A stretch of DNA of 64,000 nucleotides from Takakia lepidozioides (Eukaryota; Plantae; Bryophyta): positions 35,154,001-35,218,000 of the forward strand of contig CM060731.1 in NCBI GenBank assembly GCA_030704615.1. Direction: 5' to 3'. The position numbers and the translations under genes are program-made. The notes beneath the pieces were generated by a model that was given only the letters and a program-made list of their open reading frames with translations, did no database searches and was not told the origin of the DNA. This document shows positions 14,013-28,310 of this stretch, one piece after another (the stretch's first letter is position 1; each line of letters begins with the position of its first letter).

Positions 14013-16670
14013 CGCTCTCGCTCTGTCCCGTGCTCGCAATCCGCTCACACGATCGCACTGTGATTAAGCCCGACCCTCCACCGTCCACAGTCCACAACAA
14101 CGCTCCGCTGCTCACGTCCGAGTCTCCGACGCCCTTTATTCTACTCTTTCCCGCGTGCCGGATCTGCGTGTCGGCGATTCACAGGCCATCCTCCACATGT
14201 GACCAGACCTGGAGGTGGCGCGCAGTGCTACACCGGTCATATGGATTCTAACTTTTACTGTCCCGGTTCGCTAGAATTAGTCCTAAGACATTGATGATCA
14301 GTGCTGTCCAAATTTTCAGTAGGATTGATCGGCCTGTCAGTAGCATCAAACATTTATGGCAGACTCCAAGTCTGTACTCTTACAGATTTCAAAGCGACCC
14401 AGAAAAGGTCAGGCCATCCTTATGGTTTATCCTTAGGTGTCCGTTTATCCCCAGCTCTGAAACTCGCCCTGAGCACGATTCTCGTGACCACCCCGCCACT
14501 TCATGTGCCTTCCAGGGCCACCTGCACTTATTTGCCACCGTCCTTTCGACTGATGGGAAACGAGTTCTCACTTGTGACAAGCGTGGTGGTCAGGTCACAC
14601 CACCAACGACACTGCAACATTAATGGAAAACTATTGATGCAGCTTGTCAGGTTCCCACGTGCCTTTTAACGAAACTGTCCAACGACGAGCCACCACACCT
14701 GTTGTGGGCGATTATGCTAGTTTCTACGGCGTCGTGTTGTAGGAAGCTCGATACACACTGTGCGTGAAGCTCCGGTGCGCATGGACTTGACGACTTGACC
14801 AGGTGCGACCCTGTAAAATTGTCGATGAGCTTCCACTAGACTGCTGCTTTCTGCCCCACAAGAGACCCGAATCTTCCAATTCAACACAGACTTGCCTATG
14901 CGGGTAAGGCGATCCCTACACAACGTGGATCACGCGTAGCCACGCATTAGATGGGGCCCTGAAGTTGAATGCAAGGGAGCTGGTTCAGCCAGCGTGGACC
15001 CCCCGCCACCCCACGCCCACCCCGCCTCCATCGCCCACACACCAGAAGCCGCGCGGCACGCCCCTCCGTGCCTCATGTCCCGCTGCCAGGACATGAGACG
15101 TGCCCTCTCCAGCATCCCTCCTCCCATCCTGCCCTCATGCATGGCATCGCCCTCCATCCCCCATACATGCCTTCATCCTCCCCATGCATGCCATTGGAGA
15201 ATACACGTACCAGCTCTCGCTTTCTTTGATATTGTTGGCGTTGGCGTACCGCGTCCTGTCATGCACGTCGATTTTGTGGAGAGTAGTGGGCAATCCTGCT
15301 ACGATGCAGGATGTGGTCGCCGTGTTCAGAGGTTGCAACGCTTGCTCTCCAGATCCTTATTATCGCTCAAAAAACGATCGACTTTGTCTGTTTGTCTTCT
15401 CCGGATTTTCATTATGCTCTTCCTCCAGGTTATACTTTGTGGGTGAGTTAGTTCTACAATGAGCATCCGAAACCCAATCGTTCTTTGTTAGTTATTTCAC
15501 ATCTATTGAATGCATAGATTCACAAATATGCATATTGTGACTCCGGTCTCATTTTCTCACTATAGTAGTTAGCAAAGTACAAAAATGGGCATGTTTTGCT
15601 TACTTTGCTGATACTTTCGGGAGTTGGGGAGACTGGTAAGGCATATAACTGCTAACTTTGCAATTTTTGATGTTGTATTACAATGAAGGTGACCTCGGGC
15701 ATCACTTTCCATAATCAATGGCTCACTCCAGGGACGTGCACATATGTTCTATCATTTTGTTTCCCTTCCAGAACAACTTAGATCACTACTCTGGTCCATG
15801 ATCACTCTCCATATTGACATATTCATATTATTTGCAGTCCATTCATGATGTTTTGGGATTTAGGGTTTATGATAAATGACATGCACACCATTGTCAAAGG
15901 TTTAGGGTTGGGTTCAGTTGCAGCTATGCATGCAATTACAGTTCGCATCATTTATACCTTGCTAAGGATTTATGCTAGGCATTGGTTGTGTAGGTTTTCA
16001 CGCTGCTACAAGTGCTGGCAGGCGCAGCAATCACGATGAAGGAGAGCAAAATGATAGAGAACCAAAGGGAATACCGCGAGACATATAAGATTGATGAATA
16101 AGAGTCCCTCATATGCGAGGCATTCAAAGAAAGAGTATCGTATGTGAAATCATGCAAATAAAGAGTAATCGTCATTATTAAGATTGATCATGTCTAGGTA
16201 AATAAAGATGTTGATGGTTCATTGTTATATATTGGAAGTGTGTTTGGTAGTTTGAATGCAATATAAATTGGTTTGTGGAAATCTGGCCTCTATGCTTCTG
16301 TTACACCATATTCACATTCATTTCCAGTGATATTTGCCCATATGTGGTCTAGTTGAGATCCGACTTTTGTGGTGCTTCCACTAAACTGCGACTTTAATTC
16401 GAATTTATCCATGAAATTCAACAGTTGTTGTTTGTTTTTTTGCATGGTTATTGTCGGAAGGTAATAGGAATAATGTAAGAACTCGCGTCAAGACAGTCCA
16501 GCCCTGACACCCCGTACCGCCGATTCTCCGCCTCCGGCAGCCATCGAAAGACAGCCGGCTGGGCTCGGACAATCCCTCCCCAGCCCCGCTCTCATCCCAT
16601 CGGCATCGTCGCCGCCTATGTCGTCGTTCTATGACACCAGTCCGCCGCTTCCACCAGTCCGCCAATTCCC

Positions 16671-17980
16671 GGTAACCCCCTGCACATCAACCCCTGTAAC
16701 CCCCGCCCGGGTTTAAACCTCACCCCCATGCAACCCTCTGTAACTCCGCCGAGTGTAACCCTCTGTAACCCATGTAACCCCATGACCCTCTGTAACCCTC
16801 ACCAAGTGTAACCCTCACCACCATGTAACCCTCTATAACACCGCAGAGTGTCACCCTCACCCCTATGTAACCTTCACTCCATGTAACCCTCTGTAAAACT
16901 TTGCAACCCATGTAATCCTATGTGACCCTCTGTAACCCATGTAACCCCATGACCCTCTGTAACCCTCACCAGGTGTACTCCTCACCACCATGTAACCCTA
17001 TGTAACCCTCTGTAACACCGCAAAGTGTCACCCCCACCCCTATGTAATCCTCACTACATGTAACCCTCTGTAACATTTTGCAACCCATGTAACCCTTTGT
17101 GACCCTCTATAACACCGCAGAGTGTCACCCTCACCCCTATGTAACCCTCTGTAACCCTTTGTAACCCATGTGACCCTTTGTGACCCTTTGTAACCATGTA
17201 ATCCTCTGTAACCCATTTAACCCCATGACCCTCTGTAACCCTTTGTAACCATGTAACCCTCTGTTACTCCGAGGGGTGTAACCCTCACTCCACGTAATCC
17301 TCTGTAAAACTTTGCAACTCATGTAATCCTTTGTGACCATCTTAACCCATGTAACCCTATGACCCTCTGTAACCCTCACCACCATGTGACCCTCTGTGAC
17401 ACCGCAGAGTGTCACCCCCACCCCTATATAACCCTCACTCCATGTAACCCTCTGTAACACTTTGCAACCCATGTAACCCTCTGTAACACCACAGAGTGTC
17501 ACCCTCATCCCTATGTAACCCTCACTCCATGCAACCCTCTGTGACCCTCTATAACCCATGTAACCCTCTGTGACCCTCTGTAATCCATATAACCCTCTGT
17601 TACTCCGCGAGGTGTAACCCTCACTCCATGTTATCCCGCATCATGTAACCCTCTCATTATGTGATCCATGTAATCCCCACCATATGTAACCCGGATCGTG
17701 TAACCCCAATGCAAGCTTGTATCATGTTATCCCATGTACCCCTCTCCGTGTAACTCCAGTTCCTCGTGTAACCCCATCATCCTTGTAACCCTCTGCACGT
17801 CAGCCCTTGTAACTCCGCCTCGTGTGACCCTCATTGTGTAACTCTCACATTGTAACCCCTCCATGTAACCTCGATATTGTGTCAATCCCCTCCGTGTAAC
17901 CCCCGATCGTGTCACTCCTAGCTCGTGTCACCCCGGATCATTTATCCTCAACGCATGTCACCCCTGTTCGTGTAGCCCCT
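16671..17980 (+). repeat. 1.3-kb degenerate TGTAACCC minisatellite with higher-order blocks
   Basis: Dozens of TGTAACCC/TGTGACCC/TGTCACCC units. The block ACACCGCAGAGTGTCACCC recurs near 16838, 17014, 17112, 17399 and 17486. Confidence 0.95.
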
Positions 17981-18199
17981 TGGTGCCTGGCAAAAATTTG
18001 CGGGCTCCGAGAGGTGTCAGATATTTTGAATTCAAACCTGGGTTACACGATTCGGTGACATCAAAACCCACATGTAACTCCATCATCGTGAGTCATTTTC
18101 ACCAGGTGCGCAGACGTCGTGCGGTCCCAAGGGCTCCGTTGCATTGCCCGTGTATGTTCTGCGATTTGTATTGTACTGGTGGTACTGTTGCCGCTAATG

Positions 18200-19505
18200 G
18201 CGTATGCTGCCACGAAGGTGCTAGACGAGGAACACAAAGCAACATTAGAATCAAATGGTTTGAAAGACGAGGTGGGAGAACTTTGTCATTTGTAGCATTT
18301 GGTATCTCATTTGAAATGCATCCTACAGCTGCCCATAGACAGGCTTTTCAATTACACAAACCTCCGTTGGATATGCCAGGTTTCCCAGGGAAAAGGGAAA
18401 CGGATATCCATCGAAGTAGCTGTCGTTCCATGGTCTCTCATTCCTGATTTTCTGGAGGGAGAAAGGAGTAGAGTGGATGGGAAGACCCCATTTTATGTTC
18501 AAGATCGAAGGTATCGTGAGTTGCCAGATCTGACGATACCGCGTGCAAACAGTTATCGTCAGTGGCAGAAGTAAGTCACTTACGAGGGTTGTATAACATT
18601 CCCAGCCCCACTTCTTTCTACTGGCCTAGCAAAGTCGTATATGGCGATAGCCCTCCTCACTTTGTATGCTTTCTTTGCAGGTATCACTGCTGCTACGACC
18701 CGGTAGATAGGCGCACAAACCCGCCGATTGTGAAGAAGAAAGAAAAACCGATAGCAGCCTCCGATAATCAAAAACCAGTCAATCAGACGTAAGGCGGATT
18801 TTGGATAGTCATACAAACGTGGGTGTACTTGTAGCTTCAAAGTTGGCCAGTGTTTTCTAGATCCAGAGTTGGCAATCATCACATACTTCCAGAAACAACA
18901 TGTAGATGCAAAAAGAAAGTCATGTCTGGTTCAGCTGATCCCTCTTCCCATTTCACGCGATTCGTGCATGCCCCTCGTCTCAACCAAGATATGAAACAGT
19001 GGATCATCGATAGTCTTCGTAGTGGCCTATCTCCAGCTATGATTATGACACAACACACTCAACAGCTCCAGGAAGCTTGTGCGTCTCAGCTAGGCATGGA
19101 GTGGAGTCGCGATTGTTTCTTGTTCGAGTAACATTGCCGACAAGCTTGCGATTGAGAGTTACAAAAAACATCCAGATGATGCACAAAGTGTACGTATGTG
19201 GGTCCATAGCAATCCTGAAAGCGTCTTCTTCTACCATGAAGAGACAGCGCCAGTGGCGAGTGATTTGAAGTTCGTGATTGGAATACAAACGGAGTGGCAA
19301 AAACAGAAATTGATCGACATGGGACACAACCGTGTGGTATCCTGCGCTGCAACATTTGGGACCAACGAAAATAAGGTATTCGTGTCACGCTTTACCTTTC
19401 ATTGCATTCTGAAATGTGAGTGCCATGCAACTGTTGCCAATATTACAACACTCACCTTATTCATTTTTGTACCATTGCGACATTGCAGTTCCCAATGTAT
19501 ACCAT
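18200..19505 (+). mobile_element. Mutator-like (MULE) transposase pseudogene, N-terminal half
   Basis: VPWSLIPDFLEGE, YHCCYDP, KRGCTCSF, HAPRLNQDMKQWI, HPDDAQSVRMWV..NPESVFFY, FVIGIQTEWQ..GHN..ATFGTNENK/FPMYT. These match the plant SWIM-finger MULE transposase family; introns, stops and frameshifts are present. Confidence 0.82.
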
Positions 19506-19679
19506 AATAGAAAAGCAAAAAAGAGAACTCTTATCCACACTAGTTTTGCAGATGTCTTTGTTTATGCTCCTGGAGACTTTATCAACCTCTCATATTTTCA
19601 TCCTCTACCATCACAACCTTGTGACAATTTCTCTGCTTGTTCTTCTTTGCAAAGTGCGTAAGTCAAAATCTAGGCCTAA

Positions 19680-20560
19680 ATCTTTTGGGCTCAAGAGCGC
19701 ATACAGGGATACTTACAATCAACTCTGTTCGGGTCTTACAATGAGAGAGAATTTAAGGCCAAGATGAGAATGTCAAGGGGAACATTTGATTTTATTTGTT
19801 CGGAAGTTGCTCCTTATTTGAAGCGTCTAGATACTAACATGCGAGTTGTTTTCCACTTGAAACTAGAATAGCACTTGTCATTCCACGCTTAGCTATCGAA
19901 AATAGAATGTAAATGATCGCTGATCTATATGGTGTGGGAGTATCAACTTCTCAGAAGATATGTGTAGATTTTGTGCATGCTATGAAACAGTCTTTAAGAA
20001 GAAAAAAAATGTGAAGTGGCCTTCCACTTCGGCTATGGAGAAAATAGCTACTGTCTTTGAGACATTACATGATATACCTTTTGTTGTAGGCACCATCGAT
20101 GGATCACATATACCAATTATTGCTCCTCGATTGAACGCAACTGATTATTACAATAGAAAATGATTTCATAGCGTGTTGCTACAGGGTGTTGTTACTAGCA
20201 AATGTGTGTTCTGGGATTACGATATTGGTTGGGCAGGTAGCATGCACGATGCGAATCTCTAGTCCCGTTCAGCCATAGGGTAATTTGTGAAGCTGGACGT
20301 CTCGCGCCTTATACATTGGTAGGGGATGCAGCTTATCCAGCTCATCCTTGGATGTTTTCACCCTTCAAAAGACACAAGGATGCTTCTAGAACTATGTACA
20401 AAGCTCAACCCGCATGTGTTTGGAAAGAAGCTTTGGTTATTGAAAGGGCGTTGGCGATTATTAATGAAGAGAATGGATATCTCACTCTAGCATGTCCCTG
20501 ACTTTGTAGCAGCATGCATAATTCTACACAACATATGTACATTACATGGAGACTCTTTTG
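19680..20560 (+). mobile_element. PIF/Harbinger DDE nuclease (HARBI1-like) pseudogene
   Basis: RMSRGTF, GTIDGSHIPI, DYYNRK*FHSVLLQGVV, GWAGSMHDA, LVGDAAYP, ERSFG.LKGRWR, ACIILHNIC; many stops and frameshifts. Confidence 0.9.
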
Positions 20561-21335
20561 AACATCAGTGGATTATGGAGGCTGAAGAGGAAGTGCATGA
20601 CTCCCTACAAAATCGAACCCTACTACGACAAACCACAAAAGAGAGGGATGCAATAGCTTCGACCATTTTGGATGATCTTCAAGGAGTTCAACTGTTGGTA
20701 GAGTGTTCCAGCCCTTTGTTGTCCTTGAGCAAATGCACTATAACATATGTCTAGAGCGCCACAATCTGTACACGGTGAATGGGAACCGGATGGTTATGTT
20801 GGAGAAGGCCGGTTGTGGTCACACTGTGACTCAGTGAGTTCAGACCAAGATTTATATGTTACTGTGGGTGTAAGTGTAGAATGGTGGTAATCCCTCTTTT
20901 GATCTTTCTGTTATGCCTAAAGGCAACCAGTATTCTAGTCAGGGAAGAAGGTAACTTCAAATTGGCCACATGAATGCCAAACAGGTGACAGAGAAGAAAG
21001 GTTGACAAACAAGGAAACAAGTGAACCCATGCCTGCCCTTGTCACCCCAATAGAGGAGACTCCTTGATTGGATTATATGCTTCCAAAGAGTGTCGTACTG
21101 AGCCCTTTCTTCCCATGGGTGGGATTATGCCTGGAAGGGCCGCAATGTACTTGCACATAACCATAACTAGGGGGCACTTACAGACCTTTTTTGCAGATTT
21201 TATCACTAAGATCTGGAAATTGAAAGGAAAACTCTGCATCATGTCTCACATTCTATCTTATCTACAACCTATTTTACAACCTTGACCATTTGAGGGTGTA
21301 CTATGACATTACATTGTACTGAACTTCAGTAAATT

Positions 21336-21773
21336 TTGGCCTTTGCAGGGATAAACACAAGCAACACAGTAGGCAACAATGCCAAGTATTCAGAGACCGG
21401 TGAGGAGGCCGATGAGCAGATGGATTGCCCAAGCACAGGCAGGAAACGGAAGTGTTCAATATTGGTAGCTATGTCAAGGACAACCAATGGGCTAGCATCT
21501 ATCCTAGAACACAACAATCAGAAGGTTGTAGATGCAATGATGAGATCCGAGGACAGGAAAGACAAGCGGCACAAAGAAGACTTGGATATGGAAAAAATAA
21601 AGCTGAATTTTGAGGAGGAGAAGCTTGTAGGCACAATGCAACTAGGCAATGGCTATATTGGAGCTCATAACAGTATAAGCGATGGACTTAAACAGCTTAG
21701 TTCAGTGTTGGCTGTGAGAAGGCAAGCAACAAGACTGACGACAGTGTGTATGCAACAGATAGTGGAAGCTTAG
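21336..21773 (+). mobile_element. Probable C-terminal exon of the Harbinger Myb/SANT-like second ORF
   Basis: Charged coiled-coil ORF (TGRKRK..DAMMRSEDRKDKRHKEDLDMEK) next to the Harbinger nuclease; the Myb domain itself is not seen. Confidence 0.5.
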
Positions 21774-22760
21774 AGAAGTCAGAAGCAGTGAATCTCATGG
21801 CATCCTCTTCCAATTTTGGTGTAGTGAACTAGCTGTTGTAAGCAGAGGGTGAGCTCTGTTCGAAAGGTCCAATCAGGTTGTTGTTTCTTCTGAAGGAAAC
21901 ATGACCACAGAGTGGGGATTTCCAGTTAAGGATTGATACTGTATTTTAGTTCCACATCACAACACTGAGATATTTAACAATTCGCACTCATTTGTAGCCA
22001 CAATCCAGGACATATGTGATGCATCTATGCTTCGCTTTTGTACACTAATTACTCGCCCATTCTCATCTATTTGCGGAAACTGCTCGATTGTTGTCCACTG
22101 ATTTCTTGCTGTAAAGTGTGCATCACCTTTTTGTTTGACCAAGATGGACCCTTCCTGCAAGGGGTGAGGTCTGGCCTATTATTAGCGGAGCGTGGGAGGG
22201 AGCGATTAGTCACTCTTGTCGTTTGTGTTGATAGACCAAGCTTCAGTTTCAAGGAAGTGGAAAAAAGGGGAGAAGTGACTAGTGGGGGTTTTCTTGGAAG
22301 AATGGTGTGGAACAAATGAGCGAAGTGCTGCACTGGATTAAAGAACCAAGACAAGAGGAGGAAGGGCATCCCCACAGTGAGACCCTTTACCTTTGCACAC
22401 TATTAAGGTAATTTTAGGTCATGTTCTTTATTCAGCTTTGCACATTCGTTCAGTAACCAGTAGCAATAATGGATCATGCTGGCAGAGATGATTCAAATTT
22501 ACATCTACATTGATTAGATTCCCAATTGTAGTTAATCTCTTGAGCACTATCCAATAAGCATATCTTTATGAGAGAACAAACTTATGACCAGCATGGAGAC
22601 ACCTTGGACAAGACTCCCAACAAAATTTGTATGAGAATATGGCATAGAAATGTCCTTGTCACAAAAAATATTATATGCTAGAATTGGAATAATCCTTGAA
22701 CAAAAATGAAATTGACACAACCTTGAGCGGGGTAATTTTCAGCTCACACGTACAAAGGGT

Positions 22761-23229
22761 TGTGAAGCCTTAAAACAAGCCTGAAGCATATACTCATTTC
22801 CTCTCAAGAAGCAAGGTTTCATAACAAAGAGGCGAGCGGAAAGAGCTAGCAAAGCGTGAGAGGAGGATCAAACACACGGATCTGACACAAAGCAGCTCTC
22901 ATCCAAGCCTTGTACACCAAAATCACATATACACTAACACCCGAGTACACCGCCCTGACCTTGTGTCAGGGTGCTGTCTTTATACAAAAGCCTTAGCTTT
23001 AATTGCCCGCCGCGTGGGAGGCGTCACAAGCCAAAGCCCACGTCGCCGCCTTGTAGCCCTAGATCTGATGAAGGGCCAGGATGTCACCACCAGCCCAAAA
23101 CTAACCCTAATCTAGGTATCATTGTAACGGTTTAACGGCTTTATACGCCAAAATTTTATACTACAGATGTGTATCGCCGTTTTGGATGAAACGAGCCATT
23201 TCTAGGCTAAGCAAATATGGGGCTTTACA
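22761..23229. mobile_element. LTR-like unit (469 bp)
   Basis: Begins TGTGAAGCC and ends GGCTTTACA (TG...CA with short inverted termini); followed by a C-rich tract compatible with a minus-strand PPT. Confidence 0.55.
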
Positions 23230-26200
23230 TTTGTGAAGCCTACCCCCTACGAAAAATCCTCAGCTCCGCGAAGGAGAACAAACAATAGGAAAATATCACC
23301 CTCCACTGCTGGGTGAAAAACCTACCAAAGGAATACCTGGCACCTGCAAGTTGGGCCGAGGACAAAACCCTTGGCTAGGAAAACCGTGCAAAGGAGTACA
23401 GATGGTGATATACCATGAAAAATGTTGCTAAGTCCTAGAGAGGTCAAGTCCTAGGATCCCAATAGTCACCATCCGCAAACTCAGACTAAGCCGCTGAGAA
23501 AAGAAGAGGATCAAGCTGAAGTAGATCGGCGAAGAAGATCAAGACATCACCCCACCGTGCGCCCCTCCACATTGATAGATGTAAGATAAAAAACTAGTTC
23601 GGAATGCATCAAGTCGGTCAAAGAAACAAGTTCATCCTGCACCTCAGTATTAGAGCCTTGTGGAAGAAGGAGAGCATGTCGCACACGTAGAATTTGATAG
23701 ATCAAGTATGGACCGTCGATTTTGAGCTTAGATTTGCACGCATGCTTGCCATGTTGTAATCGAACGCACACGGTCTATCCCACCTGAAACATGTTAGAAT
23801 ACTTGACACGCTTGTTAAAATTACAGACATGTGTTAGCTGAGCCTTACCAATGTTCGTCTTGGCATCATGGATAGACACCGCATGCCAAGCATGAAGATC
23901 CTCAACAAAGGTCTCAAGATCAACCAGATCAGCAACAGTAGAGATAAGAGGGGTAGAATGCAAAGGAGAAACATACTTGCGACCATACAACAACTCAAAA
24001 AGAGTCTTCTTGGTACTAGAATGCACGGCTGTGCAATAAGCAAAGAGAATAGGGGGAAGAAAGGTATCCCACTCCTTGGTCAGTGCGCCATTCTTCTCCA
24101 ACATTCGGCAAAGAGTTTGGTTGAAGCGTTCCGTGAGGTCATTGGTCTGGGGATGGTATGGGGCGGTGGTGGAATGCTTAACACTGAAGTTGAGGCAAAT
24201 CACCGTGAGGAGCTAGTTACAAAACTCCTTGCCCTGATCCGTTAGTATCTCCCGAGGACACCCATCCCGCATAAGGATCTTATTGAAGAAAAACTGAGCT
24301 ACAACATCACTAGCCTTGGAACGCAGAAGCCAGACTTCTACCCACTAAGTCAAGTGGTCGGTAACAACGCAAAGGTAGCTTCGACCCTTTTGATGTGAGT
24401 GCGAGGGGTCCTACTAAGTCAATGCCAACACAAGCAAAAACATAGGTGACAAGCAAAGGCTGCAGCTCATACAAGATCCGAGCCCTAGGGAGAGCAATGT
24501 TAGCACGACAACCTTCACAGTTAGAAATGAACTCGGTGACGTCTCGGTGAATTCCCAGCCAATAGTATACCTCTTGGATGTGGGCCACAGTTTTCTTGAC
24601 ACCAAGGTGACCTGTATACAAGGAACAATGGAAACGCTCCAGTAAAGCATTCAACTGGCTCCGTGGTGGCACCTCCAAGTAGCATGACACTCCCCTCTAG
24701 TGAGCTCCTTGAAAAGCTTATCATCCATGAAACGGTGAGTAGACACATGATACATAATTTGTTTACACAAGGACTCGGAAAGGCCAGATGACGAACGCCC
24801 TGATTGGCATCGCTGGAGTAGCACAACATGTAGCTGATCATCCATGACTGCACTGCACATAAGAAGTAGACAATGGGTTTTAGATAAAGCCTATGATCTC
24901 CAGCCAGGGATACCTTCACCTCATTTGTTACTACTCATGGATAGCCAAATCAGGCCTTTAGGCTCAAGCCAATAGTCACACCGGAGTGCAAAGCTGAATC
25001 ACAACAAACTCGGGGGGCCTAGGAAAGAGAAGAGCTGAAACACAACAAGGAACTTCCACCAAACTATCCGAATTCTCACGAAACGATAGATCCACCACAC
25101 ATACTAACACACGAATAAATCAACTAGGATCATCAAGAAGGCTAGACCAGCCCTAAGCAACCAATATGCCATGTGAATCCAAGACCAAGGGGTACTGATC
25201 AGCACAAAGAAGGTTGAGCAGAGGGGCAGGATCAAGAGGAGGGGCTGCATCAGCAGCAGCAAGGTCATCCAAGGTGAACATAGGCTTGTTGACAGGAGGA
25301 TCAACCCGTGTGAGTGCATCAGCATTTGTGTTCTCCTTGCCCTTCTTGTAGACTATATCCATGTCAAATTCCTACAAGTACATAGCCCATCTAAACAAGT
25401 CTGCCATGAAGTTCTATCGGCTTAACAAGGGCCTTAAGTGGAAGATGATCAGTCTCCACCACAAACCAGACACCATGCAAATATTGCCTGAAATGCTTCA
25501 CACCAAATACTAATGTCAGACCCTCCTTGTCAGATATGGAATAGTTCCTTCATGACGATCAAGACGGCGAGATGCATAAGCTATTACATGCTCTTTGCCT
25601 TCTACAACTTGACATAAAATTGCAGAGATGGCAACATTTGATGCATCAGTCTGAAGCAAGAAAGACAATTTAAAGTTGGGAAACATCAGGATGAGAGCTG
25701 AACACAAAGCCTTGCAAAGGGTGTCAAAAGCAGCCTGCTGGGAGAAGGTCCATTCAAACCTGGCATCTTTGCACAACACCTTGGTTAGGGGGTGGGCAAG
25801 CTTGACAAAGTTCTTAATGAAGTGTCTATAATAAGAAGCCAGACCCAGGAAAGATTTGATACAATGTTTATTCTTGGGAATAGGAAAGCCCCAAACAGAC
25901 GCAAGCTTTGCAAGATCAGGAAGCAAACCATCCTTGGATAGGATATGACCAAGAAAGTGTAGCTCAGGCATGAATAGTTCACACTTCATTGGCTTCACTT
26001 TGAGGCCTGTAGTACGCAATTTGTTGAATACACTTTGCAGATCAATCAAGTGGGCATCAAAACTGGTTGAATACACATTGATATCATCTACATAAATTAA
26101 GGCACATTCCCAATGAAGATTTCCCAAGATAACGTCCATGAGGCGTTGGAAGGTGGAGGTGACATTGCATAAAACCAAAGGGCATGGTCTCATATTGGTA

Positions 26201-28310
26201 TTTGTCATGCAACACACAAACGAGGTCTTTTCCTTGGCTGCTTCAGTGAGAGGAACTTGCCAAAAACCAGATGCAAGATCAAGAGAGGAGAAAATTGTAG
26301 CACCATGCAATTGATCCAAGGTTTCATTGATCATAGGCAGAGGGTAGGCATCCCTTTTAGTGATGTCATTCAGTTTCTTGAAGTCAACACAAAAGCGGGT
26401 GGTGCCATCTTTCTTTCCAACCAGGACAATAGGACTAGCCCAAGGAGAAAATACATTTTGACCATGCGTTCTCTTTTTGCTGGTCAATGATATTCTCAAC
26501 AACAACAGACTTGATGTCCATGTAAAATTGCCACAGGGATTCTCCAGGCTGGTAAGTCCTGGAAGGGAGCAAAGCAGTCTAGAGGTCTTTCAGGAGGCTT
26601 GAACAAGGTTGTAGCCCATTCTATAAGGGTCGCCCAATTGAGGTTGGGATCATCCATGACTGATGCATGCAGCAAGTCCCGAGCTGACGCCTTCATCCGC
26701 ATCCTAAACATGGTCATTTTGATGTTCTCAGGCACGCTAGCAATGACTTCAAACATTTGAAGGTACCTATCAAAGTCTTCCCCCATATTGTACTCTGGAT
26801 AGGGTTGAGTGGTGAGTTGAGGGGTCAGATGACAAGGCAGACTGTGGTTTATGTGTCCAGGAAGAACAGAAGCATGAGCAGCACAGCAGGGAATAGTAGC
26901 TTGAGTAGGAACAGAAGAGGTATTGGCAGCATATATAGAATTAACAGCAGACGCAATACTTTGATTAACCCTACTAATGGCTGGTCCCATACTAGAGGAT
27001 GACATACTTAAATGTGGTGCCCGCATGCCCATGGGAAGGGCATGTGACACCATATTTGACTTAGCAGCTGGGTAGACTGACTGTAGGTGGGGCTATGACA
27101 CACCACTCATGGGAGGAATGGACATCACTCCCACCATATGAACTATTCTAGAGCTTAAATTGCTACCCTAAACAGGGACTGTATTGACATTGCTAGCATG
27201 TATACCCATACCCGGATTGGCTGCAGTCCGTGGCAATCCCCCCATCTATTGAACAAGAAGAGTTCTCACACGCCTTGCATGACCAACAGACGAGGTGGAG
27301 GGCACTGTTGCTACTGTCCCCCTACCTACAGCAAGACCAGAGACATTCAACAAAGGGACAGCACTTGAATGCAAACTTGAATTCAAAGAGCTAGTCCCTC
27401 CCCCGAGAGTGGGATTATGGAGGCTAATCACAGGCACATGAATCAGACTCATTATTGGGGCCGACATACCGCTCATAGTAGCCCAAACATCCGAACCAGA
27501 CCCGTCTACCCCCTGAACATGAATAAGATGGGATGGCAGACAGTTTAATTCCCGAGCCAGCGTAGGCTTGGTTTGTCCAGTCACCAAGGCTTCATCACTC
27601 CGATCATAAACAGAGAGACCCTCGGGGTTGGCTGTCCTAGAACCCTCATCTACCAATGCAATACCAGTTGGGGACTCTACAACTGCTCCCATCGTACTAG
27701 CATTCAAAAAATTCATCATCACTCACCATGAGATTACCTACCTGCACGTTGTCCGATCCCTCATTCATTTCTACTACACTTTCGGCCAACGGCTCTCCTG
27801 AACTATTCATGGACCTCTGTCTTCCGGATCTCAACCAAGTAGTTCTAGAATCACCTAACATACAAGAAACGAAGTTAGATTGAAAGCACAACCTTTAAGC
27901 AGCCGGGATATGGAGAGTGGGCCAAACACTTAGTGAGCTGTCATCTGGAACCCAAGTGGAACAATGTACCACCCTCAACACTTTGTGTGACTGCAACTCG
28001 TAGACTCCCAATGCCAACCGTCAGCTCCCTTAAGCCAAAAACCAACGTGGGTTGTGTTACCCTCTCTCCATGTGCGCGAAAGCACAGCCAAGTTTGAATA
28101 GTCACTCAATCTCTCAAACGCAATCGGGCGAACCACTCGCTGTGAAGCAAAGGTAGTACCCACACCCAAGACTACTAGATTAGACGACTGCACTATCAAG
28201 GCCCCACCCTTCAAACCATGAACCAACTAGGCTTCCTTGCAATGAGCTATGGTGATTGTGAAGAAATCAGAGATGTTTTCTCGCTCTTTTCCACTCCCAC
28301 ACACCACCAA
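23230..28310 (-). mobile_element. Decayed Ty3/Gypsy LTR retrotransposon internal region
   Basis: Order gag remnant - RT ([24 protein letters not shown]) - RNase H (LQTDAS, VIAYASR) - integrase (H..GH..C..C, GIDLVGP, PYHPQTN, GPY). Protease not seen; PBS-like TGGTGGTGTGTGGGA near 28309-28295. Confidence 0.9.

Noticed and set aside
14260-16200. Short ORFs upstream of the SDR gene
   Set aside because: Probably decayed transposon DNA, but nothing could be assigned.
16671-17980. True telomere, or coding ORFs (16720-16911, 17137-17559, 17727-17915)
   Set aside because: The unit is not TTTAGGG/TTAGGG, the position is interstitial, and the ORFs are translations of the repeat.
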